Assembly: GCA_046563655.1 (NCBI GenBank)
Contig: CM102290.1
Location: forward strand, 9,052,001-9,116,000
Length of the DNA: 64,000 nt
From: Yuukianura sp. NJ FZ-2021
Lineage: Eukaryota
Direction of reading: 5' to 3'
The notes beneath the pieces were generated by a model. That model was not told the DNA's origin and searched no databases. It saw only the letters and a program-made list of their open reading frames with translations. Every line of letters starts with the position of its first letter. The stretch's first letter is position 1. Below, piece by piece: positions 41,001 to 54,500 of the stretch. The position numbers and the translations under genes are program-made.

Positions 41001-43871
41001 TACTCTTCCATGTATAAGGGTTTCCCCAGTGCTGGTACGTCTTTCCAATTTAAGTACATGTATCGCCTTCCAGCATCTCTGTAAATGTAGTAGGAAACTG
41101 GGAATTGACCTATATTATAGAGACGTAAGAAGAGATTAACTTTTTACCAAATGCATTTTGGACAAGATGTTCGTAGAACAAAGTCCGCAGGGGACTTTGG
41201 AGTCTTGAAAATAGGGAATGGCTCAGAGACTTTTGAAAATCTTTTGCCGCCAGGAATAGGATTGCTCGTCGACTGGCCTTTGGGTTTGGTAGCGGAAAAA
41301 AAGAGACTTTCTCTCCCTTCGTTTTTCAGTAATTGCAAATCCGTTTTCCTAGTAGAGAAAGCACTTATCTCTGTGTCAAAGTAGCCAGAGATTAGTTGTC
41401 GTGGAACCTCTGCAAAGTTCAAAGGCTACTTGGATCCAATCTCACATTTTAAAACTCGCCCACAAAGAAACTTCCCAGATATGGGTCACTACTCTACAGT
41501 CACATTTTTCAGGGAGCCATACGGCGCAGCCACTGAATCCACTTTCTGGAAGTGATAGTTACACAAAAGTGCATTAGGTGAGCAGCGTCGCTTTTTCTAA
41601 GCGTCTTTTAAAAAATATGGACAAGCACGAGCGACACAGGTGAAGCCAATTTCTGGTGCTGCTTACCCTGGGAACAGAAAATAAAAAGTGAAAGGTCATT
41701 TATCTTTCTGTAATGTAAAAGCAGGGCTACTACTTTTTACCATGCGAATCCAGCACCTCTGACTAATACTCTTAAGTACCTTTCCTAATTCCTTCTGTGC
41801 ATAATTCATACGAGGCAGTTATTTACAATTTAGAGATACAGTAGGACACAGTTGGAGACTTGGGTCCTTAAGTCCCCCCTAGCACAAACCTGTTCTGTCT
41901 AACATCCGTGGGCAGTTGGTTACCAAAGTTTTTTAATCCCGCTCGAGACTTATAAACCGTAGCTCGGTGTGTATTCAAATAGTTCTAGAATTCCGGAGGG
42001 ATAAGCCCAAATCCTTCGTACTCACTTTCACTTTCTCCTTGCGAAAATTGAGAAAGCATAAGAAATAACCTAAGTTTCAACGAATACAGCCTCAGGATTA
42101 TTACCTTTTGGCATTTGTGCTTTCTACTGTACTACTATTGTGCTGTGGATAGTAAGACATAGAACGGCATGGAGTTTATTTGTTTTTTGCATTGGAAACT
42201 AAGGGAACACAGCCTCAAAGACTCTTTAAGTAAACAATTTCCTGGCAAGAAACGCTGAAGAATCTTGAAAGGAAAAGAAAATGCTTGTCTCTCCAAAAAC
42301 TAGCTGCTTCAGCACAATTCTCAGGTATTTCGATTGAACATTTCTGAAGAACTGTTTGTAGCCTGTGTTTCCTCCAATGATTGTCCTCTCACAGAGTGAG
42401 TTTAGTTGAAAGTGGGATGCGTAGGAGAACAAAGTCAACAGTAAACAGAAAATATGCAGAGCGAAGGAGTTCTGTTGGTGGAATCAGGGGAGAAAGTAAC
42501 TAGTGGGCTAATTTGATCAAATTTTGTTCCCGCTTTCTTCTGTACTGAAGAAACCAACGGTATAAGACACGCGAGTGGTAGAGCGGTCTACCCTTAGTTA
42601 TTTTTACGAAGAATACGGGCGGACTGGATGGTAGAAAACAGTGGAGGCCCTATGTCGTTCCCTGTCTCTACTAATTTCCACTAAGCTCCATCTTCGTCTT
42701 CCTCCTTACTATATTTTCTTGTGGTTGTGGGTTCCTCTTTCATCTTCATTTTCCGTTGAGCGGAAGGCACTAAAAATAGAGTTAAATTTCAATTTGATTT
42801 TGAACAAATCAAGGTTTAGGAGAGGAGAGAAGAAATCTCATTCCCGCAGAATGGAAAAGTGGCTTTTCCTTTGGCAAAGCAGCGGAAGACTACTTTGGGA
42901 AGATTTCAAAGTCTTCCTTTCACTTGTGAGACTTTAAGGGGCCAAGGGGATAGGGATGAAACCAAACGCTCAAAGTGAGCTCCTCCGAGAAAAGTACCAA
43001 TAATCTCTTTCCTTGTGCTTTTCACTTCTTTCAAAATTGACGCAAGTGAATTTGCTTAAATCCAATTGACCTTTTGTGATCTTGCTGGTTATGGAGGCCT
43101 GCCTTTTCAAGAAGGGTGAAAGTGAAAATTTCCACTTCCATTCCCATTTCTCTATCCTTGCTGTTCCTTATTTTAACATTTGTTTATCCAATCAATCAAA
43201 AACAATCGCCACATTTTTGCACATTAAAAAACTTTTCCTTGTTTTTCAGTTACAATTTGAATTTGAGTATATCTATCTTTCTATAAGAGAATTTTAAGCG
43301 TCCAAGGTATTTCTGATAATTTTTAGTTAAAAGTTCTGTTTGAATTCTTGCTTTGTGCAGTGCAGACTGATGTTTACGACAATCAAACAAAACATAATTT
43401 ATGATTCTGTATTTAAAGCTGTTTCCTGCTGTTTCTATTCGATTAAAAATTTATTTTGATGCCGCAGCGAAGTAGGAACAAATGTTTGAAATTGAAGGAG
43501 AAAAATCGTCGGAAACGAAGTTATTCCAGTACAATAGGGCTGCCATTAAAGAGTGGGTGGCGGGGAGGAATAACTGTTTATGTTGTGGGTTGAAATTGAG
43601 CGCTGATTGTGTTGGGTAGTGAGCAGTTAATGAGACTTTTGTGTTTATAATACCGTAGGTGGTCGTGGTTTTCTACGCAGCGATCATCATCCTCCTCCTC
43701 ACGACCAACTTCCGGCGACAAAGAAGTCAGAGTTCCCAGCGATGCAGTGGGGATGCTCAGTCGGTGAGAAAGCACTGGTTGTTCTATAATCCCATCAGCG
43801 GAGAGGCACAGCAGGCCACGAAAAAGGAATCACAACATTTCATTCACAGGCAGGACGCTGAAACTGTCTAG
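38031..43871 (+). CDS. Putative single-pass membrane microprotein (96 aa, or 90 aa from ATG 38049), two coding exons, C-terminal PDZ-binding motif
   Basis: Exon 38031-38108 (ATG...GTTGTC|GTAAGT consensus donor, phase 0) joins exon 43659-43871 (cgtag| acceptor, ends TAG). Product: MGRRHFMSDHHVVPPDYSLDAIIYVV-VVVVFYAAIIILLLTTNFRRQRSQSSQRCSGDAQSVRKHWLFYNPISGEAQQATKKESQHFIHRQDAETV. Splicing completes one continuous ~22-residue hydrophobic helix followed by RRQR. Confidence 0.7.
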
Positions 43872-45690
43872 AACCCTGTCACCAAACGACCACTTCCTGC
43901 TGGGACTATGCCTAGCTCCCACGGATTAGTAGAACCGACTTATGGCAAAGAGTAATGTAACAATGTATATTTATTAAACGAAACAAGACAGGGAGGGGAG
44001 ACACTAAAAGATTAAAGTGCACAAGCTGAAAATGAGAAATCGATCAGATTCAAATTAGATATGAGAAAAGGCGTACTGTTTCTTCTTGAACCAAAAAAAA
44101 ATTGTGTAATGATCTTTACACGTTATTAATTTTGTAAAAATGTTTTCTGTCCCTAAACATGTCAGTTTCCAGTTAATGTACTACGACTTAATGATAATCA
44201 TTTGTCTTTTGGACTTAAATGGTAGTGAAATTTCTTTGTGCACAAATTGCACCAAAATTGTTAACACAACAAAAAATGTAGTCAAATACTTTTTTCCAAC
44301 AGAAATCTTGTCGTTCTGTTAAGGTACAAAAAATTACTAAAAGTAATGGTTCTCTTGTCGTCGTAGTTTTGCAAAACGCTGTCATTTTCCTTCGGAAAGT
44401 ATTTTGATTGGACAAAGGTTGAACAAGATGGAGAAAGCCAGCGACTGTAAATACTACTGCGGCGGTTTCGGCAAGTTAACGTCACTTTGGTCAAAAGAAG
44501 CTGAAGTTCTCAATCTACATTTCCTTTGCAGAGTTCAAATTCTTCCTTAACTCACTTCCGTTTGGCCAAATTGGTACTGACCTGAAATAGACGGGAGACT
44601 CAGTGGAGAAAGTAGTTTGGAGAATATTGACGTGAATTGATGATGGTGAGGTGGATAAAAAATGCTGAATGTGATGGACTTTCTCTGCAGTAATGGTGCT
44701 TGGGATTGGGGTAAAGATTCTGGAAAAAAAAATCTTTCATTTGAGCGCACTTTGTGAAGAAAGTTTAACTTGTTACAAAACTGTTAGGAAAAGATCGATC
44801 TTCCTATGATTCCATATTTACTCTATTTTCCTTCTTCCCTCTCCCCTCCATAAGCTATTCTTCTAAAAAAAGAAACCTTTGGACACATCATAATATTATT
44901 CGTTGTTAAGCTAATATTGCCCAGTTCGGATAAATCGATGTTGGATATAATTGGATAATTTTAGGTGGACAAATTGGACAAATGTCACCCAATCCCTATA
45001 TCTTTACATAGGTTATTTAAGCAAGAAAAAACTCACCTTAACTTGTAACCATCATTTACCAAAGTTTAAAAGTTAGATAAGTTTAGCCCTTGTCATTTTG
45101 AAATTAGTAACTGACTGGTTACGTAAGTTTTTAAGGTCAAAGAGAAGACTTAATTTTGTTCCGAACTTGGTAATTACTGGAAAAGCTGCTGGAATGAACA
45201 AGTTTAGAAAGTTGATTACGTGTATTTTTTCCAAGCTTTCACTAATGGTCAAATATCGTTTTCAGTTGCATGTTCTTTAGTTTGTCGGGGGTTTGAGTAT
45301 TATTATACTAAAAGTAGTGTTCGTGGTGCTATTGGTTATTGAGCAAGCCAAATTGTAGATCCTTTTACCCGTCGATTCACTATGGTAGTCATTAGTTTTA
45401 CATTAGAAATGGGTGATTTGATGGAGATTTTGATTGATAGTGTAAAACTAAAAAAATCAAGGGATCAAGGCAAGATTCATCATCAGCCATTTTGCGCTTC
45501 ATCATCTATATCTCCGTTTTCTTTAATATTAGTACGGTAAACTTCTATATATCACAAAAATGGAACCTATTATGAAATAAAACTTAATCATTTCCCGTTG
45601 AATTCCTTAAGTGATTGGTACACATTTTGACTTTGCTTTCGATTTTGGCAGTCACAAATTACGCAAAAAAAAATCTTTTTCCGTAATGGA

Positions 45691-45887
45691 CAGGGCTGCC
45701 AAAAATATTTACTGAAAACTAACGAAATGTTTAAATAAAAACAATATTGACTGGAAAAGGTTTAAATATTTACTAACTTTACATAAAGGGCATGGGAAAA
45801 TAAATAAACATTTAGCAACAAAAAGACCTGAAATATTGATTTTGTTAGCATTATAGGTATGGGAACTAAATATTTTTGGCAGGTCTG
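45691..45887. mobile_element. 197-bp MITE (non-autonomous DNA transposon, hAT-like CAGGG termini)
   Basis: Terminal inverted repeats CAGGGCTGCCAAAAATATTTA (45691-45711) and TAAATATTTTTGGCAGGTCTG (45867-45887), 19/21 complementary. The interior is AT-rich and non-coding. Flanks gtaatgga / gctaatga resemble a decayed 8-bp TSD. Confidence 0.65.
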
Positions 45888-48800
45888 GCTAATGAAATAG
45901 TGACACAATTGCAATATGACGCTGTCGCCCACCATTCCTCTTCAGGGGGTATCCGTCCAGAGCAACAACAGCTTGGAACCGCTTTCTCGTTGTCACCCAT
46001 CACCTCCATAATTGTCATTGACGTTTTCCATAAAAACAAAACAGGGACCACACGCCATTTGTTCGTACGTGGGCATTCTGGAAAAAGTGCAAACCCTACT
46101 CACTTACACCCGAGTAATTGGATTTAGGATTTGACGTTCCCAGCAGTTTCTGTCCATTCTTTCTCAACATCCCCGGAAAACCTGTCTGGGTTGTTTTTCT
46201 TTTCAAACCAAAAGTCACTTACAATTTTCAAAAACAAAACTGGATTTGAAAGGACGCGTTCGTTTTCATGTTTTCCACGAAATCGATCCAGTCAGCAATT
46301 AATCGTCTCTGCGGAACGTCGGAAACTCCATTGTTACAAACTGAATTTGAACAAGCGTAAGCGTGTTTGGACTTCAGAGGAAAGCGTGTCTCACACATAC
46401 AGGTCTGATCAAACAGCCCCCTTGAGGATGACCTTGAGACGAACGTTGGCCAAAGAACCCACGGAAATGAAAATCGTTGAATGACATTCCAGTGTTGGGA
46501 TTCCAGGCACACTGTGCCCGCATCCTTGCTGCGGAGAAACTCATCTCCGAAAGTGAAAGAATTTTGGACAAACTTTTATTCTCATATTCCAAAGTTTACT
46601 TCGTCTGCTGAACTTGGTGAGACTTGGTTCGTAATAAATGCCAAAAGAGACTTCCTAAATGAGTCTTCCAGTCCAAATGAAAGGAATAACACTAGGAGGT
46701 TACTTGGAAGGTTAACCTGCAAAGAGTACTGTTTGAACCTATGAACTCCCAAGGAAGAAGGAGCCTTCACACTTTGTTCAAACGATCAAAGGCTTCCAGC
46801 CACCTTTGGCCTCTCTCTGCGGTAAAGAAGTTGAACCACCCCGCCCTTGTCTTCAGATCAAAGAGATCTCTCTAAATTCCAATTAGTTCCAGTCAACCGC
46901 ACTTCACTTGAATGACAGTTTGGTTTGAGGGTGCAGAGGCTGAATTTCAACTGGAGAAAAGCATTGAGAGTGTTCCATCTGCATCTCCACTTGGTTCAAT
47001 TCAAGAATAAAGGGATTAAAGGTCTCCGTAATCTCTGTCCAAATCTGGCTACAAAGTCTTTACAATTCAAAACAGAGACGCCTTTTTCCTGTTTTCTAAA
47101 CTCAAAAAAGTTTGCTTTCTCTTGCTGCTTCTCTTCTTCAAAATAACATCAATCAAAACCTATTCAACTCTCTATTCTTATTCAGTTCTGATTTGCAATT
47201 CATGAGAGTGTAATTTTCTCATTTTCATACGCGTAATTTTCTCACGTTATGTCAAATCTATGCATCTATTCTGAAAACTTTCTTAAAACGAATTATTTTC
47301 TTTCCCTTTTCTATTTTGGCGCTAAAAAATTTTCTAATTGTTCCAGTTGAAGGCAAGATGGCTCAGAAATTATGGAAATCTTTTGGGTTTGAGAAAATTT
47401 ATTCCTTCAAAAGAGCAAGGGAAATGAGGTTTATAATTGTCTGGTTTAATTTCCTTGTGAAATTCGGATTTAATTTAGTTTAAATGGCCCCACTTTTGTC
47501 CGAAGAGGAACTAAATTCAATTTTGTGGACCGCACTGTGGTATGGTGGATTTCATGCAAATGGGTTCCGATTGTTTTTGTGGAGAGACCCCGCCAGTAAC
47601 TGTCTTCTGAGGATGGTAACGACTCCATTACTCACTGCTTCCTTCTTTGTTCCTGAAATCCTCCCCTGGCTCACAGGGAGTCCAGTCTTACGGAAGATGA
47701 CGACGGTAAACCAGGCTTAGCGAAACTTATTATTATGTTTCACTCTGTGCTAAGCCAAAGGGTCCCGCCGAGCCAAGCTTACCTTGAGCACCAAAAACTT
47801 TGGAAATTATTTTATATGGACACACATTACGAACATACCCTGCTCCTAATCCACCACGGGAACGACGGAACTCAACTTTTCTAGTAAATAATATAATACA
47901 ACATGATATCGTACGTCTTTCATCTTTTAGAATTTCATCGGTCATTTAACTTCAAAGCACAGGTTGCGTTTTTATTATATTTATATTACGTTTCTATAGA
48001 AAATTGTAACCTTACGCTGCTGTTGCGGAAGTTACTACGACGAGCTCAAAAATTTTGGCATAATTTACCGCTGCTTCAAATCGCCGTGTAGGTACGTATT
48101 AATTCGGTGAAAGTGCCGAACATAACCTAACTTGTTCGCGTAAATGTAAATTTAAGCAGTTTGAGGACATATTTTAAATCTGGAAGCTTATTTCGACTAG
48201 GTGCGAGGGTGTTGACAAATGTGGGAAGTTGCGGGAGGGCAATCCGTCTTTTGGTGGGAAGATGTTCTAGAAGATGAAAGTGGTGAGGTGAGTGAGTGGG
48301 TAGTAGGAAAGTATGGTCGAGAAATGCCTAATCTTCCGCCATCCTTTCATTTCCGTATTCACGTGAAGTTCTTAAATCATGGGAAGATGTGTTAGTTGCC
48401 CTGGAAGAACCCTAGCAGAGGCCCGCCATAATTATTTGACCAAGGAACTGGAAACAACGACCTCCCAAGTCCCCTCTTTTCATTAATTTTAAAGAGCTCA
48501 TGACACTTTCACTGCATGGCTTGAGGTTCAAGCTTTCCCTGCTTCCAGCCCAGTTCCTTCCGCCTTTACTTTGTGCATAGCCTTAATGTGACCCAGAAAT
48601 TGGGTGGAAAGCGGGCGCGGGTCCTTCGAACCGGGATAAACCGCCTTGAACAAAATGTAAAACTTGTGGTAAATCTCATTTATTTGGTATTTTCCTAGTT
48701 TCTCATTCTTCTTAAATAGAATCATCCCCTTGAAAGAGCTCGATGAAAGTTCCAGCTCGACTCTTATTCATGTCAGAGTCATGTGGTTCTGCTGGGTTTT

Positions 48801-50880
48801 TGTAGACTCGTTCAGTGAATGGAGGTTCCGAAATTTCTGATCCCGTTAAAATTCCCATTCCAACCAGAAATGTATTCTGCCCTTCCTTCGGTTGGATTCA
48901 ACAGAGCGGCAAAGTTTAATTAAGAAATAAGTGGGATTGTTCTTTCAGTTCCTCCAGTCCCAACAACTTCGACGAAAAGCCTTATTGCTAAATCCCTTCA
49001 TATATGCAGAACAGGCATGAAAATGTTTTTCGGAAGAATGAAAGAAAAGAAAATAGCTTCTATCGGTTAGAATTGTTTTAGTAATAAAATTCCGATACTC
49101 TTTTTTATAGACCTTTGTAATTCAATTGATTCCGTTTTTTTATTCGTTATAAAAAAATTTTATACCACGTTATTATCAGTAGACCTAACCGAACGGTTTT
49201 CAAAATAATAAAACGAGATTACGTTTGTGCTTGGGCGTATTTTTATGCATTGGTGAATTCGTATCATTTTAAATTTGGGCGCCATTTTTGGTTTGGCGGA
49301 AGAGTTTTGACGTTTCGCTGGAAGTGGTTTTTGTATAAAAATTATGAGTTTGGTAAAACGGAGAGAAAGTTTCAACTTTGGGTTGCAGTGAAGTGAAAGT
49401 GAGGAGGGGGAGGCAGTAAAGCATAGGTAATGGTGTTTGAATTGAGACGGGAGCTTAGGCCGAATGAAAGGCAATCATCATACGGAGGAACAACTGAAGA
49501 TATCAAAAAGTTCTGGATGAGTAGACGACTGGTTGGTGGTTGTAGTGTCTGGTCGTTGGGTGTCTAACATGGTGGGAATAAATGGAACTCAAATATCCAC
49601 TTCATCTTTCCAAACTGCTCCAGCAAAAGTCGCTTTCTCTCCAAACATTTTCTCCAGTTGAATTTTCCTGCTTCATTCAAACATAAAAAGTAAAACTCCC
49701 TAGGTTTCAAACGACTCTGGAGAAGATCCCATATCTGTCTCAAAAATTTCTTGGTTTGTGTATTAGGTGTAGATGGAGAGAGGACCTTCGCAGCATTAGC
49801 ACCAAGAACTCCAATGGAACCGGTCCACTGAAATATGAAACGACCTTTGCTCTATAAAAAAATCCAGCTTTGGTCCAGCGCTGTTTTCACCAAGGCAAAA
49901 ACAATTTTGGATACCTTCATAGACGTAGCTAACGACTTTCCCGGACGTAGTAGAAAAGTTTTTTTTCCCAATAATTACGGTTTCAACGTCGTTTTCCGAC
50001 CTGATGGAAATTCTTCAGTCATAATTTTCCTAAATGTTTTAAACTTTTTGAATTTGATAAACCATCGCCAGTTATAAAGTTCACTTCAAATGGGAACTTT
50101 TCGGTCATGAAGGCAAGAATTTTTTGATAAAGTCGTAGGTTTAGGTTTTTAGTGTGTGAGGGTCGTAGAGGAAAGGAAAGCAGCATAAGTGATGTCTAAT
50201 GGACGATGTCTTGAAATGGACTTCCTGGAGCTCGACCTTGAATTGAGTCGAAGCCCATTTCTAAAAATTCCGGAACCGGCAGACACTTTTTGTCGTACAA
50301 GGAGTGTGGAGGACAAATGGAGAAAGTGTGGATTTACTCTCGTGTCACAGTCACTTTCACTCACGCTCCCTTAAGCCTTCACATTAAACTGCCACTCTCC
50401 ATTTCTTTCAATTCAAATAGAATCCGCTCTTCCGCCAAACCCACTTACCTACCCCATTCAAAACATCCATTCAATATCCGCCCTTCCCACTACTTCAAAT
50501 ACGACTTTTAGAAAATGTTTTTCGAAAAAGAAAAGAAAAAAGAAATAATAATGTTATGTGCCAAGCATGCATGTTTTTACTTCATTTGAACGGAGCTTAA
50601 TACAATTCAAAAACGTCGCAAGTTGGAACATATTTTTACGTCAATTCAAAAAGGCCTAAGAATTGTGATTTTTAGAAAGTTGAGACCTTGGAACTTTTAC
50701 AATCGAATTAACCATAGGCGGGATCAGCCAAAATATACGACGGAGGATGGAAGTGACGATAAGAGTATGTTGTCCCAACTTTTGGACGCTTTCTCCCCTG
50801 TGACAGGGATAAGATCCTATTGATTTGAAAATATGGGAGTAGAGGCTCAAGTATTTGGAGAGCCACAATAGTAGGTGATA

Positions 50881-51546
50881 TCACAAACTGATAAACAAAA
50901 GTTGGAATCAAAAAAGTGGGAAAGATTAAAAAACAAGCTTCTCCCTATTCATATAAAGTCCTTAATTTGGAGATTTTGGCATAATGCCATTATTTCGTTT
51001 GATATTGCTAAAAATATGGGCCTAATTTCAGACGGCAGTTGCCCATACTGCCATCAAACAAAGACTTTCTGTTTGCACCTAATTGTGTGCATATCTACGA
51101 AAAAATTGTGGGAATATGTTCATTCACTATTAAAAAAATCAGATTCAAAGAATAAGGTTTATGATAAGACTTTTGGTTGTAATGATGATTTTGCTAACTA
51201 TCTCATTTTTAGTGCAATATATATTATATACAATAGATTTATCTATAATATTAACTCTGGTAAGCTAGATTTCGATATTATAGGTAAATATAAGCAATTT
51301 CTGTTCCAAAATATATTTTTAAGTTTTCATAGTTTTAAAAGTAAAAATGATATTGACCAATTTAGACGTCTTTGGTCAGATGCCAAATTTATTAATATTA
51401 ATCCGAATTCTGTTGAAATTAATTTGTAACTTTAAGATACACTAATTCCTATGTTATGTCATAGTTTAAGTCACATTATGAAATACTGAAATATATTTCA
51501 CGAAAAAAAAAAATAAATATGTAAATTATTTGTAAAAAAAAAAAAA
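50881..51546 (+). mobile_element. 5'-truncated non-LTR retrotransposon (L1/Tx1-like LINE 3' end) with poly(A) tail and target-site duplication
   Basis: Open frame to 51429 encoding LLPIHIKSLIWRFWHNAI...CPYCHQTKTFCLHLIVCISTKKLWEYV, the Cys/His zinc-binding region found after LINE reverse transcriptase. AATAAA near 51512, A13 tail at 51534-51546. Direct repeat GTAGGTGATA at 50871-50880 and 51547-51556. Visibly more AT-rich than its flanks. Confidence 0.88.
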
Positions 51547-54500
51547 GTAGGTGATAAACACTCTGTGGATGCTTCCGGAAGCCTCAAATCGAAGAGGAAA
51601 TTAGGGAGGTGTTGAAATGGTGACATTTAGCCCTGGATAGATCCATTTCCATTTTCCAAATAGACCTGAAATGGATTCTGACGCTGACTGGTTTCATTTC
51701 CGTCGAGAGAGACCTTGTCAGAAAACCAGTTTGAAGTAAAGCCTCGGGATCTGTTTTGGAGAAACAAAAGAGAAAGCCTCCTTGTGACGAATCCCCACTT
51801 CCGCTGTCTGCCGTGAGGCAACAAAGTCAAGAGTATGACAAGCTGACTCAGACAGGAATCCGTGGAGATTGGAAATTTTGAATCCAAAAGTAGCTAAACC
51901 TCTGGCTCTTACTCATGTTTCGGTTTTAGAACCCATAAGGCCAGATTTGTCCAATCACTTACAACTTCCACTGATGGAAGGCGTGGTATGATTTTGCAAA
52001 CTCACCAAGTCCTAGTTTAAAAACTCAATTTATTTTTTTGATTTTTTAGAGAAACTTCCAGGAGGCTGTTCAAAGTCTAGTAAGTTTTGACATTATTCAA
52101 TTTGGGCGAAACGAAGTAATGAAGACTTATTATGGCGTTCTTGCAGGATGGCTAATATTTATGAGGTTTTGGTCAGAATCCCCTGGTAAATTGCGGGACT
52201 CGAACTGTGGCCTCAATGGTAAATTTAGAACCACAATCTCGTGGCGTCGGTACGGAATGAAGTTGTTCCATATGGTTTTAGGATCCTGACATTACATTAC
52301 GAAACCCATACATTATTTAAAGACTCCCAAACCGTTTCACCGTGGAGGAACTACAAAGTTTTTCACTGGAGATAGAGAGGCGGCAGACGCTGGAACAAAA
52401 TTCCAGTTGAATGTAATCTTCTCGTGTCACACTTGCCACTCAAGACTGATCTGGACAGACAGACGGTGGTGGGGCATCCTGGAAACTGTATCCAGGATCT
52501 TGGTCTCTATCCGGATAAGTTTTACTTTACGCGTACCGAAGGAATAAAAAAAACTTGCGAGGACGCTGTCTTTCCGTCATGTCCTAACTTTGACCAAAGG
52601 GCTTTCTCCATCTTCAACTGGTTCAAAATCATTTTAAAGGAATTGAAGTTTGTTCAGTTGGTTCTAGGCAACGGTTCGGTTGCTACTACTCACTGGAATG
52701 GTAGTCTATTCATTTCCAGCGTCCAGCTTTCACCACTGTAGTTATGGAGCGTTAGCTTTCTTCTCTCTCTTTTCAAAAAGTATAAAGTCCGCCAAGAGTT
52801 TCCTTTTCAAGTGGCGCACCTTCTTTTCAAACATTTCGACAGTGTTGAAGACATAGAAGAAACCTTTTCAGGACTCCGCCTTTACATTTCCTATTTCCAT
52901 AGGAAGAAAGCCACGAACCTTATAAATTAAACTGAAAAGTTTCAAAGTCCGTTTTCTTAAGAAGTTGTAGAGGGAAGACGAGTTTACTCGTTTGGCACTG
53001 GGGCTGGCCGCTTATGCTTTATCCTTTCCTTCCTACTGAAAATTAAACAACTTTCGGAGCTTTCCTCCTGCTGCATCTTCTCCACTCTGCTTCCTCCCAA
53101 TTTGGTTTTCTTCATCGTGGAAGTGGGAGACTACAAGCAGAATGTGGGAGCAATTGAGTTATCCCATGAATAAATCCAAGTGATTTGGATCTCATTTGCA
53201 GCAGGAGAAAGTGGTTATACAAAATTTAAAGGGCACTTCTGCATAGGCTGCTCCGCTGTTTGTATTGTCACGAAATTCGATTATATGTAAGAGGCTCTCC
53301 CGTGCCTTAAAATTTCTCCAGTCCAAAGTGCTGTCAATTTTTGAAACGGGTCAAGATCCTGCACACTTTCATTTCATGTGTTTGATTTTTTTTTTAGAAA
53401 AGGCTTTTTGTGCCGTCAGGAAAACGAAAATCCTAGTTTAGAGCTGACAGCTTTATAATGCAAGTTCGGCACAAAGCACTCAGCACGTGTCGGTATGTTA
53501 ATATTAGATGTAATGCTTTAGATTTCAAATAAACGACACGCCTCAGTGTCACACTGAAACATTCAAATCCTCCAGATTTGGAATTTAATTCTGTACACCA
53601 ACACTCCTAAAATCATGGCGTAAATTGCAAGAGGAACGGGTGGTGAAGTTATATGGCAGAAATACTTGCAACGTAGAGCAAAGTGGGCTCAGGATTAAAT
53701 CTCTTTGAATGAAAGTTGTTTAGTCGCTCAAAGCCTTCCATTTAAAACTGTACTAGGGTAGTTGAGGTCAAAGGAAACAAACGGCTCGGTATTCAGAACT
53801 AATTTAAATCTATCCACGGAATCCATCTACTTTAAACCCAGCACCAGAGCTCATGAAATGCTTGAGTGAGGTCCAAACGAAAACTGCGATACTTTGGAAA
53901 TGCAACAACGGCATCGGTAGTCGCTTCTTCCATTAAAAAATGGAAAGTAATGGAATTTTGAAAGTATTTTTAAAAAAAAGTGCAACTTTACAACCCAGGT
54001 ACTAATAAGACACCGTGTCAACATAAAAGCTACTATTTTTTCAGAGTTGTCGCTTTTGTTAATAACAATGACACTTTTTTCGAAACTTGACCTTGAGGTC
54101 ACAGAAAGTCAATCCAATTTTGCCCACGAAACGTGGTTTGACTTTCACTTAGGGAAATTATATCCATGCATCACGTGAAGAGCTAATAAATCCATAAAAA
54201 GTCTTGTCTGATTGATTAGATTGCAAAAACGAAGGAAAAAACGGCCTGAGTGCGACGCTGTCAACCAGGGTGAGAGTCTTTGAAACCAGAGCGAAAATAA
54301 TTTCAGCCTCAAAAAAGGCCTTTGGTTTAGAAACTCCGTCCTAAATTTTCTACGTGGCTCAGACTTCCTTTCCCCCATCAAACTTTCTCTTTTGGATCTA
54401 CTCCTAATGGGTCCTTTGATACTGTGACAAAATTTGGAAAAACTAAATAGCTGAATTTCTCCATGCAGTATAATAAAATGAAAGTTTTTGAAATCCTTGT

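Noticed and set aside
47714..47756. Hairpin GGCTTAGC-GAAAC...GTTTC...GCTAAGCC as a possible pre-miRNA or ncRNA
   Set aside because: Stem too short and bulged for a pre-miRNA; no other ncRNA signature.
49156..49342. 10-bp inverted repeat AATTTTATAC...GTATAAAATT as a possible MITE
   Set aside because: Short, almost purely A/T, with no TSD; plausible by chance.
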